This document shows positions 51,234 to 61,790 of a stretch of 64,000 bases of DNA, one piece after another. The position numbers were made by a program, and so were the translations under genes. This DNA comes from an uncultured Actinomycetota bacterium (lineage in GTDB: Bacteria; Actinomycetota; Humimicrobiia; Humimicrobiales; Humimicrobiaceae): assembly GCA_964561115.1 (NCBI GenBank), contig CAZLOE010000003.1:2691-66690 (forward strand), given 5' to 3'. Each line of letters opens with the position of its first letter. Within the stretch, counting starts at the first letter, position 1. The notes beneath the pieces are model-generated. The model made no database searches. It was given only the letters and a program-made list of their open reading frames with translations, and was not told where the DNA came from.

Positions 51234-52016
51234 TTATCTTAACTCTTCTTTAAGTACCTGATAGAACCTTCCTCTTGCATAATGCTCAACCCAGGGGTGG
51301 TGTCCGCACTTTTTGAGCAAAATAAAACGAAAATCCTTAAGGACTCCGGAGAGAGGTTCCCTTACTCCTTCAGCAGGATGGGGATCATAATCACCGTGTA
51401 GAGCAACAACCGGGCATTTTATTTGTGCACCCAGTTTTAAAAGCTTGCCGCTGTCTCTAAGTCTCTCTGCATCCTTCCATACATACTCAAAAACATTAAA
51501 CTGGCACTCCAGTATCTCACTCTTGCAGGATACAGGGCTATAAGAGTCAGCCTTTGATATCAACTCTCCAAACCTGCACATAATAGTATCTTTATCTGCC
51601 GTATCTGGATCACTCAATTTTCTCATAAGGTCCAGGGCTTCCGATCTCTCTTTATCGCTGAAACGGCTTAATCTTGTCTCAGTTATTTGCGCAGCATATT
51701 TTTTATCAAATACTGCGCTTCCTACTATTATGAGTTTTTTTATCAGTGAAGGATATCTTGCGGTAAGAATAAAGCCGAGCATCGCACCCCACGACCAGCC
51801 GATCAGCACCATAGGTAAATCCCCATTTTCCTCAAGGATCCTTTGTAATTCCTGTACCTGACCTTCAAGTGATGCTGCTGTCTGAAGCGGTTCCAGAATG
51901 CCACGATCAGTGGACAGCTCCCTTGCTACCGGAGCCATTTCCCCCGGTGCACCAGGCCCGCCATGCAATACAGCAATACTAAAAGGCGGCCCCCCATATT
52001 TTCTTGGATTTTCCAT
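51234..52016 (-). CDS. alpha/beta hydrolase (esterase/lipase fold)
   Basis: 260 aa with the nucleophile elbow GWSWG and later His/Asp residues. Confidence 0.7.
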   Translation of the reverse strand: MENPRKYGGPPFSIAVLHGGPGAPGEMAPVARELSTDRGILEPLQTAASLEGQVQELQRILEENGDLPMVLIGWSWGAMLGFILTARYPSLIKKLIIVGSAVFDKKYAAQITETRLSRFSDKERSEALDLMRKLSDPDTADKDTIMCRFGELISKADSYSPVSCKSEILECQFNVFEYVWKDAERLRDSGKLLKLGAQIKCPVVALHGDYDPHPAEGVREPLSGVLKDFRFILLKKCGHHPWVEHYARGRFYQVLKEELR

Positions 52017-52033
52017 ACTTTAAATTAGAAAAT

Positions 52034-52155
52034 TGGTGGAGGCGGCGGGAATCGTTCTTTCGTCTCCCTCCGGTCGCTGCAGAGACGCAGACTCCCTCGC
52101 TAAAGCTCAGTCCGTCTTTTCGATTCCTGGAAAACATGGATCCACCATGTTTTCC
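52034..52155 (-). ncRNA. tRNA-3'-end-linked structured element, copy C (tmRNA-associated)
   Basis: 52034-52054 is an exact copy of tmRNA 3' end 52196-52216. The same conserved scaffold follows, ending in an 11-bp hairpin at 52129-52155. Confidence 0.6.
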
Positions 52156-52195
52156 TTACATAGTATCAGGTTACCTGATAACCAGTATAGATATC

Positions 52196-52543
52196 TGGTG
52201 GAGGCGGCGGGAATCGAACCCGCGTCCGAAGATATTGACACCTAGATATCTACAAGCTTATTCCACATTTTAATCTTACTTTTTCACTCGCATGGACGCG
52301 ATTAAAAAAGCCAGCCCGCATAAAATTTCCCCCGGTACTGCTGCAGGCATATCATACCGGAGTATCCTGCTAACCGGCGCCTGTCGAAAAGCACAGGAGA
52401 CCTTTCGCAGACGTAGCAGCTTAAATTAAGCTGCTAATGCTAATTTATTATTAGCGTTTATTTATAGTTCAGTTATTTACGAGTTCTGATACTCGACTTG
52501 CAATCCAAGCTCAACCTATCCCCGTCGAATCCAAGTCGCCCCC
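52196..52543 (-). ncRNA. ssrA: transfer-messenger RNA (tmRNA)
   Basis: The 5' end GGGGGCGACUUGGAUUCGACGGGG pairs with the 3' end ...CGCCUCCACCA, including a G3-U70 pair. T-arm GCGGGUUCGAUUCCCGC. Tag reading frame GCU AAU AAU AAA UUA GCA UUA GCA GCU UAA (ANNKLALAA). It lies immediately downstream of smpB. Confidence 0.9.
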
Positions 52544-52587
52544 TTATTGCAGATAAGACCTCAGATTTAACGCCAGGATATTTTATA

Positions 52588-53079
52588 TCAAAACCGGTTA
52601 TTTTTCAAAGCCCTTTTTATTTCAATCTCATGTTCCCTGTCCTGTATATCTCTGCGCTTGTCTCTCCCTGCTTTGCCTTTTGCCAGCGCCATTTCGATCT
52701 TGACCCTGTTCTTTACCATATACACACTCAAGGGCACGAGGGTAACACTTTTATCAATTAATTTTTGTGTTATTTTTTTTATCTCCCTTTTATGCATAAG
52801 AAGCTTCCTGGTCCTGGTGGGATTTATATCTTCAGTCCTGCTCTTTCCGTAAGGAGATATATGCATATTAAAAAGAAACAGCTGACCGTCTTTTATCCGA
52901 CCGTAACTGTCCCTCAAGTTCAACCTATGGCTGCGGATGGATTTTACCTCACATCCTTCCAGCACAATACCGGCTTCATAAGTGTCTAAAATAAAAAAAT
53001 TCCTTAAGGCTCTCTTATTCTGGGCGATTATTATCTTACTTTCTCCGGAATTACCCTTGTTTTTTGATCTATTCATCAA
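52588..53079 (-). CDS. smpB: SsrA-binding protein SmpB
   Basis: 163 aa: ...IAQNKRALRNFFILDTYEAGIVLEGCEVKSIR... Confidence 0.95.
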   Translation of the reverse strand: MMNRSKNKGNSGESKIIIAQNKRALRNFFILDTYEAGIVLEGCEVKSIRSHRLNLRDSYGRIKDGQLFLFNMHISPYGKSRTEDINPTRTRKLLMHKREIKKITQKLIDKSVTLVPLSVYMVKNRVKIEMALAKGKAGRDKRRDIQDREHEIEIKRALKNNRF

Positions 53080-54299
53080 CTTTCACTTAAAAGTGTTTTC
53101 ATTTCCTCTATAGCCCTGCTTAACTGTAAATCTTCCTCAGAATCCGGTTCCAATTCAACTAATATATCAGGCTCTATTCCTGTCCCCTGTATGGATGTTC
53201 CTGACGGCAGGAAAAATCTTGCTGTGGTAAACTTTATTCCTGAACCATCTGAAAGTTCATAGAGCAGCTGGACCACCCCTTTCCCATGACTTCGTTCTCC
53301 GATAAGCAAAGCTCTATCATTGTCTTTTAATGCACCTGCAACAAGCTCTGAAGCACTTGCTGAAAATTCATTGATCAATACTACTAAAGGTATATCACTG
53401 TATTTGCCCCTACCGGCAGTATATTCATCAGTTACATCTTTATCTTCAGATCTTCCCTTTACAGTGACAATTGTGCCTTCGTCAAGGAAAAGATCAGACA
53501 CTTCTATGGCATCAGTGAGTACTCCGCCTAAGTTATTGCGAAGGTCAAAAATTATCCCCTCAGCACCACCGTCGATCAATTTTTGAATCTCGCTATCGAG
53601 CTGCTGTGAACCTTCATCCTGAAAGGTATAATACCATATATAGCCTATATCACCTTCCAACTGTCCCGAGGTAAGATTTGGGACATAAAACCTTGCCCTG
53701 GTAATAGTCAATTCAACAGTATTATCATCCTCGGGTATATAAATCTCCAGATCTACTTTAGTCCCTTCTTCACCTTTTATCATGGCCACTACTTTTTCCA
53801 GGGCCATATCTTTTATCTTTACGCCATTGACTTCAGTTATTATATCCCCTTCCTTAATCCCTGCCCTATAAGCAGGTGTACCTTCCAGGGGCATCACTAC
53901 CACCACCTGACCTTCATCATCAAGAGTGACCACAACCCCTATTCCGCTCATAGTCCCGCTAAAGGACTCCATGATTATTTCATATTCCTCAGCCGTAAAA
54001 TATTCCGTATATTCATCATCAAGTTCCGAAAGTATACTTTCTATGGCTGCCTTAAGCAGTTCCTCTTTGCTTTTCTCCTCAAGAGCGTTGTCAGTAACAA
54101 GATCTATAGTCTCTTCGAGAGGTTCTGTGCTGAATTCGCTTTCTGCATCCTCAGGGTTATATTTGACAGTACTATCTCCGAATATATTAGATATATACCT
54201 TTTAAAAGGCTCAAAACTGATACCCAGCCATAATCCGGTAGAAAACGTAAAAACTACCACGATTATGCTGACCAGCACTGCAGTAATTATTTTTTTCAT
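53076..54299 (-). CDS. ctpA: carboxyl-terminal processing protease (S41, PDZ domain)
   Basis: 407 aa with an N-terminal TM segment, a PDZ domain and the S41 catalytic region (SASASE...K). Confidence 0.85.
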   Translation of the reverse strand: MKKIITAVLVSIIVVVFTFSTGLWLGISFEPFKRYISNIFGDSTVKYNPEDAESEFSTEPLEETIDLVTDNALEEKSKEELLKAAIESILSELDDEYTEYFTAEEYEIIMESFSGTMSGIGVVVTLDDEGQVVVVMPLEGTPAYRAGIKEGDIITEVNGVKIKDMALEKVVAMIKGEEGTKVDLEIYIPEDDNTVELTITRARFYVPNLTSGQLEGDIGYIWYYTFQDEGSQQLDSEIQKLIDGGAEGIIFDLRNNLGGVLTDAIEVSDLFLDEGTIVTVKGRSEDKDVTDEYTAGRGKYSDIPLVVLINEFSASASELVAGALKDNDRALLIGERSHGKGVVQLLYELSDGSGIKFTTARFFLPSGTSIQGTGIEPDILVELEPDSEEDLQLSRAIEEMKTLLSES

Positions 54300-54336
54300 A
54301 AAATTACTAACCTATATCTTTATTAAAATTATATAT

Positions 54337-55524
54337 TTACAATCTTGGTAAATAATTTTCCGGGTCCTGTGGTTTACCATTTATCCTGACTTCAAAGTGC
54401 AGATGTGGGCCTGTAGACCATCCAGTTGAGCCGACCAGGCCTATTACCTGACCCCGGTCCACAAACTGCCCCACAGACACTCTTATACTGGAAAGATGGG
54501 CATAATAGGTGGCAAAACCTCCTCCATGATAAAGAATAATATAATAACCATATCCAGTAGAATAGCTAGCCTTTATCACCTCTCCGCCGTCTCCGGCTTT
54601 TACCAGCGTACCATAAGAGGCCTGTATATCTATACCTGTATGGAATCTTCTTACTCCGAATATAGGATGGATCCTCCAGCCAAAACCGGAGTTTATCCGC
54701 CCTGCCACAGGCCACATAAATTTACCCGAAGGAGCCGTACCATACAGATAGCTTTCAAGGATCCTGGTTACCTCTGCTTCCTGAATCTCAAGCTCTTTTT
54801 CCATCTGCATAAGGTCTTTTTTATTTGCTGTAGTCGCAGAAAGTAAATTCTTCTTATCAGTATATAGATCATCGATCTCATTGGCCTTCTGTTCGGCCTG
54901 TGCAACCAGTTCCTCTACCCTGCTCTTATGATCCTTCTGTTCCTCTCTCAGATCGGTTACGGATTTTTTCAATCCTATAGTTGCGTATCTTTTTTCTTTT
55001 ATTAGCTGTACATTCTGAGTATCCTGCTGTGCAAAAAGATTCATAAGCTTGAGTTTTGATATGAAATCCAGGAAATCTTCTGCCTTAAGCAGAATCGCCA
55101 GTATATTGCCATTTCCGTTTTTGTAGATTGAGGCGACCCTGCCGTTCAGTATACATATCTTTTCGTCAAGCTCCCCTTCTATCTTGTTAAGCTCTTCCTC
55201 TTTTAAAACCAGCTGTATGGTCGTTTTATCGACTTCGCTTTTAGCCTCGGAAAGTCTCTGGTTAAGTTCGTCCAGTTCTCCCAGTGCACCCAGAAGCTGC
55301 GTTTCTACTTCATTTACCTCGCTTCTATACTTTTTTTCTGTCTTCTTTACTTCCTTTATTTTTTCCTGGGTTTCTTCTCTTTCCTCCTTTATCTGTTCAA
55401 GCTGTTCTTCAAGAGTCTGGGCATAGATTGATTTTGGTGATGAAGCTAAGAAGGGGCTAAGGCCCGAGATTACTATAGTAATTACTGCAAATATTGCTAT
55501 GATATTTTTACTTTTAATTGTCAT
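54337..55524 (-). CDS. M23 family metallopeptidase with N-terminal coiled coil (EnvC-like)
   Basis: 395 aa with a signal/TM segment, a long coiled coil and a LytM domain (HTGIDI...HLHFEV). Confidence 0.85.
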   Translation of the reverse strand: MTIKSKNIIAIFAVITIVISGLSPFLASSPKSIYAQTLEEQLEQIKEEREETQEKIKEVKKTEKKYRSEVNEVETQLLGALGELDELNQRLSEAKSEVDKTTIQLVLKEEELNKIEGELDEKICILNGRVASIYKNGNGNILAILLKAEDFLDFISKLKLMNLFAQQDTQNVQLIKEKRYATIGLKKSVTDLREEQKDHKSRVEELVAQAEQKANEIDDLYTDKKNLLSATTANKKDLMQMEKELEIQEAEVTRILESYLYGTAPSGKFMWPVAGRINSGFGWRIHPIFGVRRFHTGIDIQASYGTLVKAGDGGEVIKASYSTGYGYYIILYHGGGFATYYAHLSSIRVSVGQFVDRGQVIGLVGSTGWSTGPHLHFEVRINGKPQDPENYLPRL

Positions 55525-55602
55525 CCTAATACATCTTTTTTATTATGCCTATTTTAATACTAATTTATAAAAATTTAAATCATTAAAAGTTTAAACACTT
55601 TT

Positions 55603-56514
55603 TTAAACTTTTACATACCTCCTCAGGGCAATCCCGCTGCTTATGATACCTATAAGGCCGCCCAGGACAATCATCCCTATATACACATATAATTCAACAT
55701 TACTGCTGCCTACTATGGCCAGCTCCTTGATCCGCATGGTGTCCGCGATTACTCTTTCGCCTCTGATCAATAAGAAATTCCCCAGAAAATATAGTAAGAT
55801 AACGGAAATGACGCTTCCTGTAAATCCTTCAAAAAAACCTTCAAACAAAAACGGGATCCTTACAAACCAGTTGGTGGCACCTACCAATTTCATGACTTCG
55901 ATCTCTTTTCGGCGGGCATATATGGAAATCCTTATGGTATTGAATATCAGTACGATAGTCGCCAGAAGAAGGACTATGATTATAAGAAAGGCTATGCTGC
56001 CGATAACAGCAGTTATAGAAAATAAGGTATTGACATATTCTCTACCGTATATTACATCATTTACACCTGGAATATAATTACCATCCTTGTCATAAAAGCG
56101 AAGTGCTACCTGGTCGATCTTTTCAGGATTGTTTAAAGTTATCTCAAAAGAAGCCGGGAGCGGATTGCCCTGTATTTCTTTTAAGATGTCACTTCCTTCA
56201 TTTTCCTCCTTAAATCTTTCAAGCGCCTGCTCTTTGGATATATAGGTCGCTTTTTCGGTCTCGCTCCAGCTTAACACTTCCTGCTCAATATAGTCTTTTA
56301 GATCTACTGAAATATTATCTTCAAGATATACTGCGATTTCTACCTGGCTTTTTATGGACCCTATTATACCCTGTATATCATAGACGATTACAGCAAAGAA
56401 CCCTACCATAAACAGAGTAATAGCAACAGTGGTAATAGCTGTAAATCCCATAATAAAATTACGTTTAAAGCTGGTAAAAGTCTCACTGAAAAAATATCTG
56501 GTCCTTACCATCAA
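55603..56514 (-). CDS. ftsX: cell division ABC transporter permease FtsX
   Basis: 303 aa with 4 TM helices and a large first periplasmic loop, downstream of ftsE. Confidence 0.85.
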   Translation of the reverse strand: MMVRTRYFFSETFTSFKRNFIMGFTAITTVAITLFMVGFFAVIVYDIQGIIGSIKSQVEIAVYLEDNISVDLKDYIEQEVLSWSETEKATYISKEQALERFKEENEGSDILKEIQGNPLPASFEITLNNPEKIDQVALRFYDKDGNYIPGVNDVIYGREYVNTLFSITAVIGSIAFLIIIVLLLATIVLIFNTIRISIYARRKEIEVMKLVGATNWFVRIPFLFEGFFEGFTGSVISVILLYFLGNFLLIRGERVIADTMRIKELAIVGSSNVELYVYIGMIVLGGLIGIISSGIALRRYVKV

Positions 56515-57197
56515 TCTCCGTATACCCCTCTCTTCTGATCCCTTATTATTTCTCCCTCTTCCAGCTCCACGACTCTCCTTCTCATGGAATTTACAATATT
56601 CCGGTCATGAGTTGCCATAAGTACCGTAGCACCGATAAGATTTATCCTGGAAAGTATTTTCATGATCCCTTCAGAAGTCTGCGGATCAATATTTCCGGTG
56701 GGTTCATCTGCAAGAAGTATAGGCGGCCTGTTTACAAATGCCCTTGCGATAGAAACTCTCTGCTGTTCCCCTCCTGATAGCTGGTGAGGATATGAATTCA
56801 ATTTATTGTACAGCCCTACCAGTTTTAAGACCTGCGGGACCTGGACTTTTATCTCATAACTCGGCTTTCCTATAACCTCAAGTGCAAATGCTACATTTTC
56901 AAGTACCGTTTTGTTGGGCAGAAGCTTAAAATCCTGGAACACACATCCCACGTTTCTTCTTAGCTGGGGTATTCTATTTGCTTTAAGATTACAGATATTT
57001 CTTCCTGCTATATATATGCTTCCGCTGCTCTCTTTGATCTCTTTTATAACAAGTTTTATAAAAGTAGATTTACCAGAGCCGCTCGGTCCTACCAAAAAAA
57101 GAAATTCACCTTTTTTGATAGTCAGATTTATATTTTTTAATGCAACAGTTTCATCTTCGTATACTTTACTGACATTTTTAAATTCAATCATATTCAT
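56511..57197 (-). CDS. ftsE: cell division ABC transporter ATPase FtsE
   Basis: 228 aa with Walker A GPSGSGKST and the signature LSGGEQQR. Confidence 0.9.
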   Translation of the reverse strand: MNMIEFKNVSKVYEDETVALKNINLTIKKGEFLFLVGPSGSGKSTFIKLVIKEIKESSGSIYIAGRNICNLKANRIPQLRRNVGCVFQDFKLLPNKTVLENVAFALEVIGKPSYEIKVQVPQVLKLVGLYNKLNSYPHQLSGGEQQRVSIARAFVNRPPILLADEPTGNIDPQTSEGIMKILSRINLIGATVLMATHDRNIVNSMRRRVVELEEGEIIRDQKRGVYGD

Positions 57198-57242
57198 TTT
57201 GAACCGGCTCTCCAGAACCTGCGAAATTTAATTATGATGAGT

Positions 57243-58347
57243 TTACCCTTTGGATACTTTTTTTTCAAGAAAACCTCTTATCAGTTTATCTATATCACCG
57301 TCAAGCACTGACTGCACATCTCCAATCTCAATCCCTGTTCTGTGATCCTTGATCAACTGATACGGCTGAAGAACATAACTTCTTATTTGGTTCCCCCACC
57401 CTATTTCCTTCTTTTCTCCTCTGACTTTATTTATTTTCTCTATATTTTTTCTCTGCTCCAGCTCAAAAAGTTTTGACTTTAAGATCTGGATAGCAGTCTG
57501 CCTGTTTAGTATCTGGGATCTCTCATTCTGGCACTGTATTACAGTATTTGTTGGCATGTGCGTTATTCTGACAGCAGAATCAGTAACATTCACGTGCTGC
57601 CCACCGGCACTGCTGGACTTAAAAGTCTCTATCTTTAAGTCCTCTTTATTTATCTTTATATCAATATCCTTGTTTAAGAGCGGAATCACATCTACCAGGG
57701 TGAATGAAGTATGCCTTCTTTTAGATGAATCAAAAGGTGAAATCCTAACCAGTCTATGAATGCCTTTTTCTGATTTTAACAGCCCGTAAGCGTTTTTACC
57801 TTTTACGGTGAAAGTGACATTCTTTATTCCTGCTTCTTCACCTGCCTGATAATCATTAATAATATAAGAGAATTTCCTCTTATCCATCCACCTGGTATAC
57901 ATTCTAAACAGCATTTCAGCCCAATCCTGGGATTCTGTCCCTCCGGCTCCAGGATGAATAGTGACCACTGCAGGATAAGAATCATAATTACCGCTCAGCA
58001 GGACTTTTTCTTCCAGATCGCTTAATTTATTTTCTATATGGTAAAGATTTTCCACCAGTTCATTTTCCAGAGTTTTATCTTCCTCACTTTCCAGTATTTC
58101 TAGAGCCAGCTTGCAGTTTTCTGCTTTCTCTTCCAGGTTTTTTATACTTTCGATTATCTCGTTAAGATCATTGATCTCCTGGGAGATATTCTGTGCTTCT
58201 TCACGGTCGTCCCAGAAATTTTTTGAAAGGGTCTTATTACGAAGTTTTTCCAGCTTTGCAGCTTTATTATCTGTTTCAAAGACAGTCTTTCAGGAAAATA
58301 AGTTTCTTGGTTATTTTATCGAACTTTGACTTATGACCTTCTATCAT
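57243..58347 (-). CDS. prfB: peptide chain release factor 2, programmed +1 frameshift (join 58347..58279 and 58277..57243)
   Basis: ORF1 MIEGHKSKFDKITKKLIFLKDCL ends at CTT TGA (58281..58276). Shifting +1 after CTT gives ETDNKAAKLEKLRNKTLSKNFWDDREEAQ... joined in frame to the annotated 270-aa ORF. GGAGG lies 5 nt upstream of the ATG at 58347. The product is 367 aa. Confidence 0.85.
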
Positions 58348-58375
58348 CAAATCCTCCGTATATTTTAATATTATT

Positions 58376-60916
58376 TTATCTGCCGCAGCATTTTTTATAT
58401 TTTTTTCCGCTTCCGCAGGGGCAGGGATCATTTCTCCCGATTTTCTTTGAGGTCACAGGTTTTGTCTTTGATGCTATTCCCCCTGTCTTCGAAGGACCGC
58501 TTGTAACCATATCTCTTACCTGCTGCCTTTTTTCTGTTTCCTGTTCGCCCCTTGCAATTATTCTGGCATTATATAATAATTTGACCGTATCAAACCTTAT
58601 CTCCTCAATTAGCTCCTTAAATAAGCCAAATGCTTCTCTTTTATACTCGACCAGCGGATCTCTCTGACCGATAGCCCTCAACCCTATACCTTCCTTCAGG
58701 TAATCCATTTCCAGAAGATGACCTTTCCACATGCTGTCAATAACATTTAGCATCACTATTTTTTCTAATTTTCTTATAATCGGAGAAGAATAGATTTTCT
58801 CTCTTTCCTCATAAATCTGGTAAGCCTTCTCCAGCAATTTCTCCTTTAATATACCAGTATTTAGTTTACTCTTCTCTATTTTTTCCTTACCCACAATATC
58901 AGATACAGCATCCACTGAGAATAAAGAACTGATGAAATTAGACAGTGCTTCCAGATCCCAGTTCTCAGGATAATCTGCAGGATTTATATGTAAATCAACA
59001 CTCCTGTCCACTACATCCCTGATCATATCGAGTGCAGTTTGTTTTAAATCATCTTCTCCCAGGTTCTTTTTCCTTCTGGCATAGATGACTTCTCTTTGTT
59101 TATTCATAACATCATCATATTCAAGAACATGCTTCCTTATCCCGAAATTTCTTGCTTCCACCTGTCTCTGGGCATTTTCAATAGACCTGCTTATCATAGG
59201 ATGCTGAATGGGTAAATCTTCCGGAAAATTAAATGTTTCCATTATTCCGTATATCCTTTCGGAACCAAAAAGTCTCAGAAGGTCGTCTTCAGTGCTTAAA
59301 TAAAACTGGCTTGAACCTATATCTCCCTGCCTGCCGCTTCTTCCCCTCAGTTGATTATCGATCCTCCTGCTCTCATGCCTTTCTGTCCCGAGCACATGAA
59401 GGCCTCCGAGCTCTACGACTCCCTGGCCTAAAACTATATCTGTACCCCTTCCAGCCATATTGGTAGCGATGGTGACTGCTTGCTTTTGTCCGGCCTTGAC
59501 TATTATCTCTGCTTCTTTTTCATGGTATTTTGCGTTTAAAACTTCATGGGGTATACCTCTCCTTTTAAGCATCCCGCTCAGTTTTTCAGACTTTTCAATG
59601 GATATGGTACCCACCAGTACCGGCTGGCCTTTCTCATGTCTTGAAACTATATTCTCTACTACATTATTAAACTTGACCTGCTCGGTCTTATAGATCAAGT
59701 CAGGAAGATCCTTTCTTATCATTGGCTCATTGGTGGGTATGACCACAGTCTCAAGTTTATAAATATGCCTGAATTCCTCTGCTTCTGTTATTGCAGTACC
59801 CGTCATTCCCGCCAGTTTTTTATACATTCTAAAGTAATTTTGAATAGTAATAGTAGCCAGAGTCTGATTTTCGTCCTTCACCTCTACTCTTTCCTTAGCT
59901 TCTATAGCCTGGTGAAGCCCTTCGCTGTATCTCCTTCCCGGCATCAGTCTGCCTGTAAACTCATCCACTATGATTATCTGGCCGTCTTTTAACATATAAT
60001 CCACATCTCTTTTAAACAAATGATGCGCTTTAAGAGATTGATTTAAGGCATTTATATATGGAAAATTAGAAGGGCTGTACAGATTCTCTATCCCTAAGAT
60101 TTTTTCAATCTTAGCAACACCTTCTTCTGTAATTGCAGCTATCCTTGCTTTCTCATCTATCTCAAAATCTTTATCGATCTCAAGCCTTGGTACCACCTGT
60201 GTAAACTTTCGGTAGATCTCAGTAGTACCGTAAGCAACTCCTGAGATAATAAGAGGCGTTCTTGCCTCATCTATTAGGATACTGTCAACTTCGTCAATAA
60301 TCGCATAATGATGACCGTTCTGCACCATATTTTCTTTTGACATTACCATATTATCCCTTAAGTAATCAAAGCCGAACTCATTATTAGTACCGTGTACCAC
60401 ATCTGACTGGTACTGTTTCCTTTTTTCCAGAGTAGACATCCCGTGCTGAATAAGACCGACATCAAGACCTAAGAATTTGTAAATTACGCCCATCCATTCA
60501 CTATCCCTCTTTGCCAGATAATCATTGACTGTGACCAGGTGAGTACTTTTACCGGTTAAAGAATTCAGATATACTGGAAGCGTCGCGACCAGCGTTTTGC
60601 CTTCACCTGTTTTCATTTCAGCAATTTTACCCTCGAAAAGGACTATACCTCCAAGTATCTGGACATCAAAATGGCGCATATTCAGAGTTCTTTTTGCCAC
60701 CTCTCTCACAACCGCGAAAGACTCCGGTATTAAATCCTCGAGTTTTTGCCCTTTTTCAAACTTCTGCTTAAAATCCAAAGTCTTTGCAGAAAGCTGGCTG
60801 TCGCTAAGCGTGCTTATCTCTTTTTCCAGATTTCCTACGGCACCGATCATTTCATCATATTTCTTTAATCTCTTACCCTCTCCAATTTTTAAGATATTTC
60901 CGATTTTCTTAAACAT
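58376..60916 (-). CDS. secA: preprotein translocase ATPase SecA
   Basis: 846 aa with DEAD-like motor motifs and a C-terminal zinc finger [14 protein letters not shown]. Confidence 0.95.
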   Translation of the reverse strand: MFKKIGNILKIGEGKRLKKYDEMIGAVGNLEKEISTLSDSQLSAKTLDFKQKFEKGQKLEDLIPESFAVVREVAKRTLNMRHFDVQILGGIVLFEGKIAEMKTGEGKTLVATLPVYLNSLTGKSTHLVTVNDYLAKRDSEWMGVIYKFLGLDVGLIQHGMSTLEKRKQYQSDVVHGTNNEFGFDYLRDNMVMSKENMVQNGHHYAIIDEVDSILIDEARTPLIISGVAYGTTEIYRKFTQVVPRLEIDKDFEIDEKARIAAITEEGVAKIEKILGIENLYSPSNFPYINALNQSLKAHHLFKRDVDYMLKDGQIIIVDEFTGRLMPGRRYSEGLHQAIEAKERVEVKDENQTLATITIQNYFRMYKKLAGMTGTAITEAEEFRHIYKLETVVIPTNEPMIRKDLPDLIYKTEQVKFNNVVENIVSRHEKGQPVLVGTISIEKSEKLSGMLKRRGIPHEVLNAKYHEKEAEIIVKAGQKQAVTIATNMAGRGTDIVLGQGVVELGGLHVLGTERHESRRIDNQLRGRSGRQGDIGSSQFYLSTEDDLLRLFGSERIYGIMETFNFPEDLPIQHPMISRSIENAQRQVEARNFGIRKHVLEYDDVMNKQREVIYARRKKNLGEDDLKQTALDMIRDVVDRSVDLHINPADYPENWDLEALSNFISSLFSVDAVSDIVGKEKIEKSKLNTGILKEKLLEKAYQIYEEREKIYSSPIIRKLEKIVMLNVIDSMWKGHLLEMDYLKEGIGLRAIGQRDPLVEYKREAFGLFKELIEEIRFDTVKLLYNARIIARGEQETEKRQQVRDMVTSGPSKTGGIASKTKPVTSKKIGRNDPCPCGSGKKYKKCCGR

Positions 60917-60940
60917 TCCCGGTCACTCCCTATACATTTA

Positions 60941-61507
60941 TTATATAGTAGGCTCTATCAAACCATAATTTTTATCTTTTCTGCGATACACCACCGCAGT
61001 CCTCCCGGTTTCCGAATTAACAAAAACAAAAAAATCGTGCCCAAGAAGCTCCATTTCAAGTACTGCCTCCTCTGGTGGTACCGGTTTTAAAGCAAAAGTC
61101 TTGGTTTTGACTATGGTCTTTCTGTCCTGATCATTCCAGGTCACTGTCTCAGGATCACTGCTTACCGGCCCTCCGGCTTCTTTTAAGCTATCACCCTTTC
61201 TGCCCCTGCTGATTAATTTTTCTCTATATTTTTTGACCTGTCTTTCCAGTTTACCATTGACCCTATCTACAGCTTCAAAAACATCTGTCCCGGAATCAGT
61301 GGCCTTAATAACCGAACCATTGGTAAAGATAGTGACTTCTATAATATTATTCATATTAATCCTTGGATTTTTCTCAAACATAAATTTTACTTCTAATTTT
61401 ATTATTTTATCCAGAACTTTTTCTATCTTATCCTTTATTTTTCTCTCCACGTAGCTTTTTATTTTTTCATCCAGCTCCAGATTCTTGCTTTTAATAACAA
61501 ATTCCAC
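60941..61507 (-). CDS. hpf: ribosome hibernation promoting factor (long HPF)
   Basis: 188 aa with a RaiA/YfiA N-terminal domain and a C-terminal dimerisation extension, upstream of secA. Confidence 0.85.
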   Translation of the reverse strand: MEFVIKSKNLELDEKIKSYVERKIKDKIEKVLDKIIKLEVKFMFEKNPRINMNNIIEVTIFTNGSVIKATDSGTDVFEAVDRVNGKLERQVKKYREKLISRGRKGDSLKEAGGPVSSDPETVTWNDQDRKTIVKTKTFALKPVPPEEAVLEMELLGHDFFVFVNSETGRTAVVYRRKDKNYGLIEPTI

Positions 61508-61572
61508 CCTATTTCCCCCTTAATGTTTTTATTAACTAATTAATATTGAAAACCGTTATAATGACAAACATA

Positions 61573-61788
61573 TTATTTTAGTGTTACTTTTTTAGCTGTA
61601 ATGCCCCTCTCATCTTTTTCAAATTCAAATTCCACTTTCTGACCCTTCTTTAGTGTCTTAAACCCTTCGGTCTGTATTGAAGAAAAACTTACAAAAATAT
61701 CACCTAAATCCTTTGATTCAGCTTTTATAAAGCCAAATCCATTTTCGGGACTAAACCATTTTACAGTTCCTTTTAATCTTTCAACCAC
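61573..61788 (-). CDS. cold-shock protein (CspA family)
   Basis: 71 aa with RNP motifs [12 protein letters not shown] and VSFSSI. Confidence 0.9.
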   Translation of the reverse strand: MVERLKGTVKWFSPENGFGFIKAESKDLGDIFVSFSSIQTEGFKTLKKGQKVEFEFEKDERGITAKKVTLK

Positions 61789-61790
61789 TA

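Noticed and set aside
49519-52216. Genomic island integrated at the tmRNA
   Set aside because: There is no integrase, no phage genes, and no second copy of the 21-bp core at the far side (49519-49657 checked by eye).
52004-52273. ORFs 52004-52273(+) and 52033-52245(+) overlapping the tmRNA 3' end and element C
   Set aside because: The same artefact: the region is RNA-coding and repeated.
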